In this document: in pieces, positions 10,884-23,900 of the stretch
Numbering within the stretch: the stretch's first letter is position 1
How the letters are laid out: every line of letters starts with the position of its first letter
NCBI GenBank assembly: GCA_905178155.1
Contig: CAJINV010000005.1
Location: 2,048,054 to 2,112,053 of the forward strand
Length of the DNA stretch: 64,000 nt
Origin: Amoebophrya sp. A120
Lineage: Eukaryota; Protista; Dinoflagellata
Reading direction: 5' to 3'
Program-made: the position numbers and the translations under genes
The notes under the pieces: generated by a model
What the model saw: only the letters and a program-made list of their open reading frames with translations
The model's database searches: none
What the model was told of the DNA's origin: nothing

Positions 10884-13800
10884 TCACCGTCGCACCCCGT
10901 AGGGGTCACAGGCATCGATCAGCGTGTCCCGGCGATTCACCTTCTCCGAGATAGACTTCGTTTTGTTGTGGCTGATGTAGTTGTGGCTACACTGGTCGCC
11001 GGCGGGGTTACAGTAAAACGGCTGTTTGTAAATCTTCTCGATTACCTGCATCTTCCGTTCGCGGTTCGCCCATCTATCAAACAAGAAAAAAACTACTTAG
11101 TAGCACGTCTTCTCCAGGCATTGGAGCAAACAAGGTTAAGGAGACAGCAAAAATACTAAATCCGCAAAAAAAACTGTCATGGAATCTACATATCCCCATA
11201 GAATGCTGCTTAAAGCCTTTTCCATAATTTTTCTGCGTGCAACGTTGATGTGTTCTTGGAATATCGATGTGCTTCAACAGTAGTTTTTTTCTGCTGGATA
11301 CAACCGCTCCAGCGGGGTGAGATCGTAACTTCCCGGACAGCACGACGCCGCGTTCCTGCAAGCAACTTGGAGGTTTAAGACACGGCGCTGCTCGTTGTTG
11401 GTGAAAATCTTCAGAACGCTTTTGCAGCTGCCCTGCTTCTTGTCAGAGTGGTCGTCCTTCTCCCCATTCATGCTGAAGATCTCCTCGATTGATTGTCTCT
11501 TTTCCAGCAACTCCGCCCCATCGCCAACAGCATCACAACTCTTGACCACGCGGCAGCCGGTCATCTTGTTCCTGGTGGAGTTGCAATTGCTCCCCCCGCG
11601 CAGCGCCGGCGGGGACTTCACGTTCAGGATCAGGGCATTTTTCATGGTGCGGACATTTTTCTCGCTGCTCTCGCCGATAAACTCCCTCGAGGTAGTAGCA
11701 GACACGGCGTCGCTGATCTCGTCCGGAACTAGCCGCATGCGGTGCCCGCAGACCACCAAATCGTGGCGGATCGTGTAGAAATATCAAATGCAAAAATGTC
11801 TGGGTCTGGAAGATTGTCATGCTAGTCTGGCATGACTCTGCACTCTGTATTGCGCGGCCACCAAGAGGTCCTCTTGCCTGTCATGCAAAAGCGCAGTTTC
11901 TCATGCGAAATACGCATCACAGAAGCACGAAAAAACTTGTCGTGCTTGGCGGCGCATTACAGAGCACTTATTGTTCACGGACTTGCATCACAAGTTTCCA
12001 GACCCAGACATTTTTGCAATGCATAAGAAATCGCCGTCGGCAATATCAAAATCTTCATCGTCCACTTCATCCTGGTCGGCGTCCCGCCGCGGCGTGACTT
12101 GCACATTCAAAATCTCCGCTTTCTTGATCTGGCAAAAGTCGGAGAGCTTCAACGTGGTTTTGCGGGCGGCGTATGTCGCCCCGTGATGAAATTTGTTCTT
12201 CTTGTTGTTCATGACTTTGTTCTTTCCCGAAAAGACTTTGGAGGTTTTGATGCTGTCGTAGTTCTTCCCGAGACGACGAAAGTTGTTTTGCTTTTCCAGA
12301 AAGTATCCCAGGAAATAAAAAGCTCGTCTTTTACAGTTGTCTATACACACTTCATTTGATGCACCAGATACTTATTCAGGAGCGACTTAACAGACTTTAT
12401 TTCGATTGCACGCCACCAAAAATTTTGTTCCATATCCATTTCCATGGGAGGGATCATTACAAAAGGAAACAAACCAGGAAAAAAAGAGGCTCCACCCGCC
12501 GAGCATTTCGAGCATGACAGCCTTGCTTGTTGTCCTGCGAGATGAACAGCACAATGTGTAATAAATTTCTGTTGTAAAAGACTTTTTTTCTGCGTAGAAA
12601 GCAGGCGTTGTTCAACTCCCAAGCCACGTCCGCAGGACACACCTCGCCTACCAGCTCGTTGTTATTTTCGGAATTTTGACTGTTTTCACCGCGGCTATTG
12701 GCGTCCGGCTGGATCTTCGTGAAACAGGGTTGGAAGGAGATCCGGCCTGCTCCGTCGCTCGACGAGGGTGCTTCGTTTTGTTCCTGCACCTGCGGCAACG
12801 AATCCTCGTGTTGCAGCTGCTCTTGGGTAGAGGTCATATTGTTGCTGACGCCCCCCAAAGCGGGGCTCTGCAGCAGCGGCGTGTTGCTCATCAGGGTCAT
12901 AATTTTCAGCACATTACTGTCCCCGGAAGAAGTTAGACTGTTAATTTCCTGCTGCTCGGGCGAAGCCAGCAACAATTCCTCCAGCTTGTGCGTCGCTCCC
13001 CCGGTCGAGGAGTTCATTTTAGAGGTCTTGTCCAGGTCGTCGGACGCAGAGAGCGGCGCGGAAACACTGGTGGTGCTGCTTTTGTCCTCGTCGACCGCCG
13101 CCGTGGTCGGCGTGACGCTCGACTATCCTCTGTAAAAACGTCCCCGCGGCGGGGGCCCAGTAATCCAGATCTTCATGGGGATTTCGATTTCTGCTAGACA
13201 TCAAACTTCTGATCTGCAGTGCAGTGGCGATTGCCAAGCTTGGCCGCATCAGAAAGCGGCCAGCACTTGGACTTGCCCATGTATCTAGAACCCAGCATGA
13301 CAAACGCCAGAACGATGACTCGCAGTAGAAAGAGCCGCATGAGAAACATTAACACAAACATCCTGAGCATGCGAGCTTGCATGAAAAATCTGGGAAGGTC
13401 GTGTAGACGTTTTTACACAGGATAACGAAGCCTGGTGCTCCTTTCCGGCTCCTCCCGTCGACCCCGGGGGCGAACAGGTCGTAGTTGCGGTCGTATGCAT
13501 TGCAAAAGCATCGCTCATCTAGTGTAGGTAATGGTAATCCTAATCATACATTTATTGCGCAGCATAAAAATAAAGACTGTGCGACAACAGCGCGCAAAAC
13601 GGAATCTGTATAAAATGCTGGTTTGGCTTAGGGGGAACATTTGTGGTCGAGATGAAGGGTTGTATAATCATAATGCCGTCTTGCGATATTAACTAGTACG
13701 AGTATACGATTTATTTTTGCACTGGATAGGCTGTTGCAGGTCCTCCGCCGGTTGTAGTAGTCCTCGTCTTCAACATCTTTTTCCCAGAGGTTCGGCGGAA

Positions 13801-14226
13801 AAAGTTCTTGAACGTCCACAATTTCCGGCTTTTTTCTTCCTGGTAGGGCTTCAGGAATTTGGGGATGTCCTGCTCGAACGGCGGGGTCTCGGTCAATTCC
13901 TGCACGAAGCTCCCGATCGACTCGCCAGGCGAAACGTCCAGGGCAGAATGCGGCTGCGTTTTCGGTTTGTTCGGACAGACATGCAGAACAGATTTCTGAT
14001 CTTCCTCTTGACCCGCAAGCCCCTCCTGCTTTTCGAATTCGTGATCGTGGTCGACGTGTTCTTTCTTCAGTGCAGCCGCCTTCCCCCGGTTAGCAGTAGT
14101 TGTGCCTGCGAAATCATTATCCGCTCCAGCACCACCACCGGCCTCCGCAATCGCGGCACGGTGGCGCTTCCAGAAAGCCGAGGCCCGGTCGGCCTGCTTG
14201 GTCTGCGGTTGCGCGGTGGAGAGCAT
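10884..14226 (-). CDS. Hypothetical protein, 6 exons split by 5 introners
   Basis: Removing elements 13494, 13124, 12304, 11782 and 11075 (each plus 5 nt) joins the ORFs continuously (e.g. IADGDF|YTIRHDLVVCG) from ATG 14226 to TGA 10884. Confidence 0.75.
11075..11300. mobile_element. Introner (diverged)
   Basis: TATC..GATA, flanks ccatc/caacc, frame restored. Confidence 0.7.
11782..12025. mobile_element. Introner family A (TIR contains TGTCTGGGTCTGGAA)
   Basis: TSD agaaa, frame restored. Confidence 0.93.
12304..12596. mobile_element. Introner (diverged)
   Basis: TSD gaaag, frame restored. Confidence 0.75.
13124..13424. mobile_element. Introner family B (TATCCT.TGTAAAAACGTCCCC)
   Basis: Flanks tcgac/acgaa, frame restored. 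Confidence 0.85.
13494..13728. mobile_element. Introner
   Basis: Flanks ggtcg/ggctg, frame restored. Confidence 0.8.
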
Positions 14227-14987
14227 CTTGCCTCTGCTTTTGCTGTTGAAGTACTAAGCTTCCCAACAAGAACTCAGGAAAGAGGTGTCTCGCTACTTAA
14301 AACAAAACAAAGATCCTCGCTCACGATGTGCCAGCACAAATAAAGATGAAATCACGGTTGCAATGCTGAACGATTGAGTCAGCACGTTCTGCTCTTTATT
14401 TGCACTAAGTATTCACCTGCTACTACAGAGTGCTAGCGTAATACCCAGTCGCCATTTTGTTTGCCACGGGGACGAGCCCCCTTTTCTCTCTACTCAAGGA
14501 GCGCCTCTCTTTTGCCAAAGCCGCTTTGGTAGTTTCTCGAGAAAAAAAAAAACGCTTCCGTTTCTTTCATCAATTTGATTTGTTCAGCTCTATCATATTT
14601 CATCCTGTAACTCAAAAGATCAGGATGACTTTACTTCTTCGGGTGTAGTAGACAGTTGTAGAAAAGCACGCTCGTTCACAAAGTCATTTTGCTATTGGTT
14701 AGACACGGCTCCGCCGCCGGACCGATAGAATGTCGTAGCTACAGAGAGTAGCAAGAATGCAAATTCTACTTTTTTACTTTTGCGTCCTTTCACTTTTCGT
14801 GAGCAGAACAGTAATTCTTTACTCTACGACTCGGCCAGCGCCAGCATTTGATGTTGCATTGGCATTTACTGAGCTCCTGCTCGACGTCTGTTCTACTTAG
14901 ACAGGAAAACGACTACCACGCGCGGAGTCTTTCAATGCTGTTGCGACAGACTGCAAAATGATCAAGTACTTACTAGACCATCTTCCT

Positions 14988-17900
14988 TTAATATCTCAAG
15001 CTGGTCAGCCCGACCGCGTGTACGGTGAGCGCTTTTGCGATCGCTGCGAACCGCTTCTCCCCGGGCGCTCTGCTGTACAACCCGGGATCGTAGTCCATGA
15101 CCGACACCGCCAGCGGGGGGAGCCTCGCGTTCTTGAAACTGTCACTCACGTCAGGAATCTCCTCCACAACGCATTTGACCAGGGACGCGTGCCCGACCAG
15201 CACCACGGCGTCGTATCAACTGCAAAAGTGTCTGGGTCTGGAAGAATGCAGACTTGTCACGCAGGTTTTCCATGACCCATGAGGTCTGGTATGTAGGACA
15301 TAGGATGACAGATTCTGTGAGAGTTCTATCATGCCTATTCTGCATGAGAAACTGCCTCTCGATTAGGTCAAAAGTGACCACCTTTTGGTAATCATGCAAC
15401 ACAGATTTTTGGATGATTCAGATTTAGCATGACAAGTTAGATTCTTCCAGACCCAGACATTTTTGCATTTGATACGTCGCACGCGGAGTCCAAAATGTAG
15501 GACCGCAAAACCAGGTCCAGCACCGTGCCCACGCGATGCCGCCTATGCAATTCGCGAAAATGTCGAAGATTATCGGGGTCTGGAAATTTCTGCTGCTGGT
15601 TGGAAAATCACGGGGACAAGGCCTTCATTTTTGACGGCCAAAAACTTAATATGACAAGTTTTTGACTTATTGCAGTCTGGTGTTCCGCATGACAACACTA
15701 AACTGCGTTTCTGCGTGACAGAAAACTGAGCGCTTTGGGTGAAAACGTGCATGACAGACGGGAGCATCATTCTGGCCGAGCATGACAAACAAGTTGCATC
15801 TTTTCAGACCCGGACTAAAACATTTTCGCCATGCATACCGCACCTGGGCCTGCGACTCGCCGCCGTGGTCGCACCAGGAAGGGTTGGTGCGCCACTTTTC
15901 GATTTGGTTGGGGAAATACTTCTATCTAATGCAAAAATGTCTGCTCTGGGCCCGCTGGAAAGCTGTTGACATTGTCACGCAGCTTCTGCCTCACCGAGAA
16001 GGTCCAGAACGCACAGCATAGCATCACAGGTTTTCTCAACAAGGCCCCCCCAATGTTTATTCCGCATGAAAAACTCAAACTCGCTGTCCGTGTGGCAACA
16101 ATAAAAGAACAACAAAAAAAAGAGGTCGCGCAAAACAGATTTTCGTGTTACTGCCAGCGAGCATCACAAGTTTGCATCCTTCCACAGGACGCAGACATCA
16201 CGTTTGCAGTTGGTAGCTTCTCCACCTCCGCTTCGGTCAACCCCGTCCAATCGCCGACATCCCGAGCGGTAAGCTCGTTCAACACGATGGGCACCTCGTG
16301 AAACTCCGAACAAAACATCGCTGCCACCGCCCGCGCTCGTCTTAACGGGGAAGAAGCAATGACATCCTGCGCAAAAACGTGTACTACTGCTACCCCAGTA
16401 GCAAGATCAAGATGGCATCAATGATTTTTCTGCTACGCAATAAATTGTTCTGCAATCCTGATTAGGGCATCTTCATAAGTAATTTTTACAAACTATCAGC
16501 TTCAGCTTTTGAGAATGAGGCTGCGCATAAGACATCTGGACCTGCACAAGAGCTTCCATGATTCTTAGAACCCAGCAGAATTTCTAATTCTATGTCAGAT
16601 TTGCATGACAGGCCTGAACCGCAATCAGTACGTTTTGGCGCATGGGATAGATGACCACACGCTTGGCCTTGTTCGCCTTGAGCACCTCCGCTAGCTGCAC
16701 CGCCAGCTGCGCACCGGCCGCCAACGTGTTGGGGGACGGCTCCGGGTCCAGCCTCCCGGTGAGCAGGTCGCCGCATCGGAGCGAGACCAGGAACAGCTTC
16801 ACCTTCTTGGGCGGCTTCACGTGGTGCTGCGTGTAGCTGTTTGTCGTCGTCGTGCCGGGACCGGCACTGCTGTATCCTGAGGAAAAACGTCCCCATACCA
16901 GAGTCAAGATGGAGAATCTGCTAGACAAATGGGCCAACTTTGGCTGTTTCGCATGACAAGTTTGTCCTCGTAGTGTGATCCTGAGTAGCTAGCTCAGCAG
17001 CATCACAGATCTAGCGCATCATGCTATTTCTAGCATCACAAATCCCAAAACACGACTAGAAAAAGCTTCTCATGGCGCTTTGCATGAGAAACTTTTTTGG
17101 CATGCAAATTTGCATGGCAACTCTGGGGTGGGGACGTTTTTAGTCAGGATATGCTGCTGCGGATCCACATCACCATGTCCACGGTGCTTGGTTGCTCTTC
17201 CGCACCGGATATCAGATGCAAATATGTCAAGGTCAGGAAGAGTGCGCGATTTGTCGTGCAGTTTTTCCATGACCCATGAGGTCTGGAATGCAGGACCTAG
17301 CGCGACAGATTCTGTGTGATCTCTATCATGCCTATCCTGCCTGAGAAACTCCCTCCCAACTTGGTCAAAAGGGGACGACTTTTGGTAATCATGCAACACA
17401 GATTTTTGCATGATTCAGAAGTAGCATGAAAAGTTGAATCCTTCCAGACCCAGACATATTTGCAATGCATACCGGATTTGCTGCTGCTCCGAAGCACGTC
17501 GGCGCTGGTTGTCGTGCTGTCCTTGGAGAGTCTCTCCTCCCGTTCTCGCTCCGTGCTCTCTTCCAGACTGCGCAGCCGCTGGTTGCTGTGCACACGGTAG
17601 TTGAGAAACAGGTCCCCCTCCCGCTGGTACAAAGGCAGCACGTCCGCGTAGCGGTCGCGCTCCAGGCAGAACTCCACATCCCGGGTATTGAGAGGAAAAA
17701 TCCCCCCTCCCCATATCGAAAACGAAATTTGTGATGCTGTATTTGAGGTCACAAACCGACTTGTCATGCTAGAAGGCCAAGAGCCGCAGTCGTGGCCTCG
17801 TTTGCAGGCAATTTGTCATGCTTAACAGACTGCGCGACTAAAGCCCGGGGGGGTGCGGGGTCCGAGGGGTGCACTAAGCACTGCCCGGAACACCCGAACA

Positions 17901-20900
17901 TGCCCCGCGACTGGCACAGGACCAGCAACACAACTAGAATCGCCGATCTCAGTTTGTCGATCACGACGTAGCTGCGAAGCCGTCCATACGCCTGGCGCCC
18001 CAAGCACAACCCCACCTCCGAGGAAAGGCCTCGACCCAAGAGGAATTGCTGGTGAGCTTGCGGCACGACGAGCTGGGAGCGCCTGTTACTGAGAAGGACG
18101 ATACTTGAAGCTTATCCCCACCGCAACACTGGAACTGGCTGGAGAGCGCCGGAATGCGGGAAACTGACGGATTGTTACACAGAAGAACGTCAGCATATGA
18201 AACGGGAGGATGGTGGTCCAGCAGCACGCGAGACGCAGGTACCGGCGCGGCGCAGTCGGAGGGACGGGTGGCCCTGCAGGAGCGACGTGAGGCACTCGCC
18301 GGGCGGAGGGGCATCGAGCTGTCGGTTTTGCCATAGAACCGCGGAGATGAAAGACAGCTGCGAATTGCCGGTCGTAGGCTGGTGAGGCGGGTTTGGTGGC
18401 GTGGACAGTCCTCCACTACCTACTGATCGGGCGGCTACCGTTAGTGTGCGCGTACACCTTGGAGTTGTGGGCCGCAGCGGTATGTCACGGAGATCGGACC
18501 CAGAGAGACGTGTACGACCCTGGGCATCTCGCGATAGTCGTCGGCACAGTGCGAGCGGGTTGTGAGGCGGACTGATTGAGCGGCACCGCAGCGGACGGCT
18601 TAGAATCTATCTTCATGGCGAGCTGGAGGCTGACGCTGGCTCTGTGCGTATGCTGAGGAAGAAACACGGAGGTGGGCTCTTCGAGACACGTTCAGCTACG
18701 TGGCTGGTAGCACCGAGGCAGGCGTCATAGATAGAAGAGAGATAACTGAGGCGAAAACAACGGGGACTATCTTGCCCTACATCTGCGAGAAGCCATACAT
18801 ACTCGCACTGACATGCATAGTCTACCGACGTTGACTGACAGATCTCAGCCCACTTCCGGCTCTTGGATGCACAGTCCGTGGAAACGGCTTGCTGGCTCAC
18901 CGATTCGTCGCGCGGCTCCGCAGCGCGTTCCGCTGGCTCGAGTCTCCTGCGGCTCCTGACTTAGTGATTTTGTTATTGGAAGAGGACACAGAGAGACTAT
19001 TTCATGAGGCTTCTACTTCGTCATGCGTGGGCTCCATCAACAACACAGGCCCGCGGTCCTCTCTTAGGCCGCAACTATGCGGCAACCACGCCTTCGTCCC
19101 TATTATGTACTTTTAGATGTCATGCAAGGGGCCGGAGCAGAAAACCAAAAAACAGACGCAGAGCAGAACTACGAAGTAAACGAAAGTAAGACGAGAAGTG
19201 ACAGTCGTACGCTTTTAGCATTGCCATAGTCGTGCGATTACAGCCTGCTTTCCGAAAGCCACATGTTTGCCGGCTGGGCCCTAGCAGGCCAGGTACGAAA
19301 AGGACGATGACAGACGACGACGATGATAAAGTTAGTTTTTGCGGTGACGGGCGACAGTAGCTTTCTTTTGACTTTGTTCTAACTTGAAGCTATTTAGTGC
19401 GTCGGCGTCGAGCGCACTTTTGCCGAAGCAGCATGCTATGGCGCCAAAAGCCTATCTTAATGTTGTTGCGGGATTATGCTCGTGCGCGGGGCTCCTTTTC
19501 TCTCAGCTTCGAGCTCATGTCGCTTCTACGTTTCATGCTGTTTCCCACTCTCAGCTGCCTCCTATCATGCTGAAGATGCAAGGCTTCCCCACGCCACCCA
19601 GCACTACAGTCCGCATCTTTTCCCGTGTAGCATGACAAAGCTGATTTGTGACAACAAATCTGCATCACAGATTTCCGCTTTGATATGGGGAGGGGGGATT
19701 TTTCCTTGTGATACCGGGAGAGCCCGATCCTCTGGAGCTCGCGCGCCCCCGGCGTGGCGGAGAACTTCTCGCACAGGTCCCGCCACTGCGCCAGCGCGAC
19801 GCCGGTCCGCATCAAAATGGACGTGGCCGCCACGTCCAGCATGAGCTTCTGCGGTCGCGGGATCTCCGCGAGCAGGGTGCGCAGAATGTACGCAGCACAA
19901 ATCTCGTCGTCGAACGATTCCCGCAGGCCCCGATCCTGCCCGGAGCAGACCAGCAGAATCGACCGCACCCGCCCGCAGTTCGCGATCACGAAGCGCGCGC
20001 ATGCGGACACGTTCAGAAAGGACCCGAGCACCAGAAACTTCGCACGCCGGACCCACGGCAACGCCCGCGTTCCGTTCGTGGTCAGGAACAACCCGACCCG
20101 ATCGGCCCCCGGCCGCCGTTTCGTCGTTTTCTGTTCGCCCGTCGCGGTCTGGTTCGAGAGGAAATCTTCGTGCGCCGGGAGAGTGGATGATGGAATTTTT
20201 TTCCCATTCCCTGACGCGGGCGAAAGAGAGTAGTTCGCATCTTTCTTGCCTTTCCCAGCACTCCCGGAAGCTGGCGGGAGACAAGCCCCTTCTGGCGCAT
20301 CTTCTGGGCTAGCAAAACTTCGCTCGGAGAACGACGACTGCGCCGAGGATGTTTCCCGGCTGAGTGCCGCGTCGTGTGGCGGCATTTTCAATTCGGGTGT
20401 CGTCGGCCCGACTACACCATTTGTACTTCGTTTCGTGCCGCCGCCCCCGCCGGCGCGCAATTCTACCGCCGACGTTTTTGCGTGGACGGCGGTGGTAATG
20501 TCTCCGGGCAGGTAGCTCAGGGGGGAGTTGTCCCTATCGAACCCGGGCATGAGAGTCCGCTTCTGTTCCCCACCGAGCAAGCAGTCCCCAGGCACGTACT
20601 GCTGGCTCGCGTGCTTAATCTCGGCCACGGACGAAAACAAACGGCAGCTGTTCAGGCCCTCGCCCATCGCGGTGACAACGGTGGAACTCATTCGTAGCAC
20701 GTCAATCAAGATAACCAAGGCGTCCGGCAGGTGGTGCTCCGGCGCGAGTCGGCCGGGGGTCGACACGATGGAGATCAGGGTCGACGCTTCGTTTTGCGCC
20801 GACTTCAGGTAGTTCACTTGCTGGCCCAGCAAACTCGCTGCGCTCTGGTTCAACAGCTGCTGTGACGCTAGCAGCGAAGATGAAGCAGTTGCATTGTGGG

Positions 20901-23900
20901 CCGCCCCTGGAGGGGCTGTCGCCGGTCCACCGGTGGCTGGATTTGAAGCAGACGCTGCTGAGCTGGGTGCTTTTGCACCGTCCCGAACAGTTGCTGTGCC
21001 ACTACTCCTATCCTGTGCAAAAGTATCGCATCTATTTTAAGTAGAAATCCTCCTCAGCATGAGAAATGAGCTTTGTAATGCTGAATCAGGTAGGAAACCG
21101 CATCTGTCGCGCATGCTCGCAATTCCTACGAGTACGAGCACAATACTTTTGCAATGCATAACTCCCCACCGGACTGGTGCCTGCGGTTGCGACTGCGGCA
21201 TCGTACTCTTGCTCCCCCCCGGAGCGGAAGACGTCAAAGTCGGGCAAGGGCTGCGCGTCTGGCGCCAACACATCAAAGGGCGCGAGGAGCACCTCCGCGT
21301 TGTGCTTCATGTTCATCGTCGCGGTCGCTGTTTGTCGGTACAAGGCGTTTTCGGGATTGTTTTGCGAGGTGTAATATGCATTGCAACTGCGTCCGCGTCT
21401 GTAAGAATGCTTCGTTATCTTCGTTTCGAGTACTAATGATAAAGCCACCAGAATCTGTGATGCACGAACCGGACCTGCGCCACATAGTGGTCTGTCGTGC
21501 AAATAAAGTGCGACTCCTTCATCTCATGCTATAAAAAATCGACACGAAAATAAGTATTATCCCTCAAGAAATACTTGTCATGCTAAGGTACGTCGTACCA
21601 AAGTGCGTTTCTCGGGGAGCCGCGACTAGCATCACAAGTTCTTTGTCTTTCCAGACCCAGAGAGACACGAACAGAGTTCTTGAATTTTATGCATATGTAG
21701 AAACTGGTATCGGACTCCGGAGTATGCATTGCAAAAGTATCGTACTCGTACAAATGCATTACAAATTTCCTCAGCATGAGAAAGAAAATTTGTAATGCGG
21801 ATTTGTAATGCATGTTTGCAATCACTACGAGTACGATACTTTTGCACAGGATACGGAATGTGGGACCACGACTTCATCAGAGACCGCAGATTATCAGGTG
21901 TAAAAGTGTCTGGGTCTGGAAGAATGCATGTTTGTCATGCTTGTCTGGCATGACTCTATAAATCTGTCATGCACGTTACCCAAGAGCTCCGCTTTTCTGT
22001 GATGCAAGAACGCAGTTTGTCATGCAGAATAGGCAACACCTAGAAGGAGCTCAGAAACTTGTCATGCTGAGCCAGCATTTGTGGCTTCATCATGAGACGC
22101 CACCCGGCATCACAAGTTTCCAGACCCAGACATTTTTACATTTGATACAGATTCCGCTGCGTGCTCCTCCGCGTGTTTCCCGTCAGCGACCCGGTTGGGG
22201 TCTATCATATGTAAAAACGTCCCCACCCCATAGAAGTCAAGTTGGAAAATTAGCAACACAAATCCAGAAGTTTTGGGAGCCAAGCATGACAAGCTGCAGT
22301 CCGTAGTGTAGTGCATGTTAGCAACGACAACCGCATCACAAATCCATCTGCTTTATCCTCTTTACAGCATTACAAATTCCAAAACACGATTGGAAATGCC
22401 TGTCATGGAGATACGCATTTTTACAAATCTTCCTGTAATTGCAAATCTGCAAACAACTCTGGGGTGCGGGCGTTTTTACACAGGATAGGGTCGGGGTCAA
22501 ACTCAGACTCTGGCCCTCGAGGTGAACCGGCGTGCGGGGAGCTACCACCCCGCCCAGGTTTATGATTCCCGAGTCACCGCTCGGTAATTTCGGCAGCAGG
22601 GGGTGGCCGCCGTGTGGTGCTGCCGTTGGTGGAACCTTCGCGCCGGCGCATGCTGTTCCGCCCGAGGCCGCCGAACCATCGCGCCCTCCCGCGAGAGCTG
22701 CGGTCAAAGCACCGGGGGTGGCTGCACTAGTCGCCGCGAGTGCAGCCGGCGCACTCGTCCCAGTCAAGAGGTCTTCTAGGGCGATAGACGACGACTCCTT
22801 ACTGGAGGACCGCAGATTGGACGCCCCGTCCTCAGAAAACTCCTGCAGACACAGCCGGTCCGACTATCCTGTGTCAAAACATCTCCACCTCATACTTCTC
22901 GTCACGCATCAAAACTGCATGCCTAAAAAATTGTGTGTCAAGCGCAGGAGCCGCCCCATCAGAAGCGTTTTCTAATGTTGTTTTGTAATTTGTGACGCTG
23001 GAACAAGGATAAGCTGATCGAAGTTTCATGCGGCTCGCTGCACTAAGTAGCCAAAGAGGACCACGTACAGCACGAGCCCAAACTTGACAGGTGCAAGAAC
23101 AGGCAAAACTTTTTAGTCTGTGTAGCAGTGCCCGCATCGTGACACTCTGGGGAGATCAACATGGGGACATCTTTACACGGGATACTGACTTGGCCTTCGT
23201 TATCTGCTCCTGAATCGCTTGGAAATCCACCGCGCGGCGGCCGACGTAGCTCACCTCGCAGGACTTGTGCTCCACGTCAATCTCCAGCAGCGATACACTG
23301 GACGGCGGGATGGACGCGCCGAGGTCCACCCACTGAGACTGCGAGAGCCCGGCGAGGAGGCCGATCATGGAGCAGACGATGCTGCAGTGGGTGACCACGC
23401 ACACTATCAAATGTAAAAATGTCTGGGTCTGGAAACTTGTGATGCTGAATTGCGCATGATTGAAGCGCTTCCAATGGCAGCCAAGCATGACAAGTTTTTG
23501 AGAGGTCTGCTGATGCCTAGCACGCATTACAAATTGCGTTTTCGCATGACACAGAAAGCCTCTGTGTTGCTGCTCATGCAACACAGATTTTCCAGGAATG
23601 CATGACACGCATTACAAGTTCCAATTTTCCAGACCCAGACATTTTTACATTTGATACACACGTTCGCCGTACCGGGCACGTTGTTCGGATCCACGGCGGA
23701 AGACCCGGCGCCCGCCGCCGAACCACTCCCGCCGGTGCTGCTGTTGTATCCCGCAACGAATTCTGCGGGGTATATGGATTGTAAAAGTGTCTGGGTCTGG
23801 AAACTTGTGATGCTGGGTGGCGTATCATGAAGAGGCCACAACTGCTGGCCCAGCATGACAAACTTTTGAGCTTCTAGGTGTTGCCTATTCTGCATGACAA

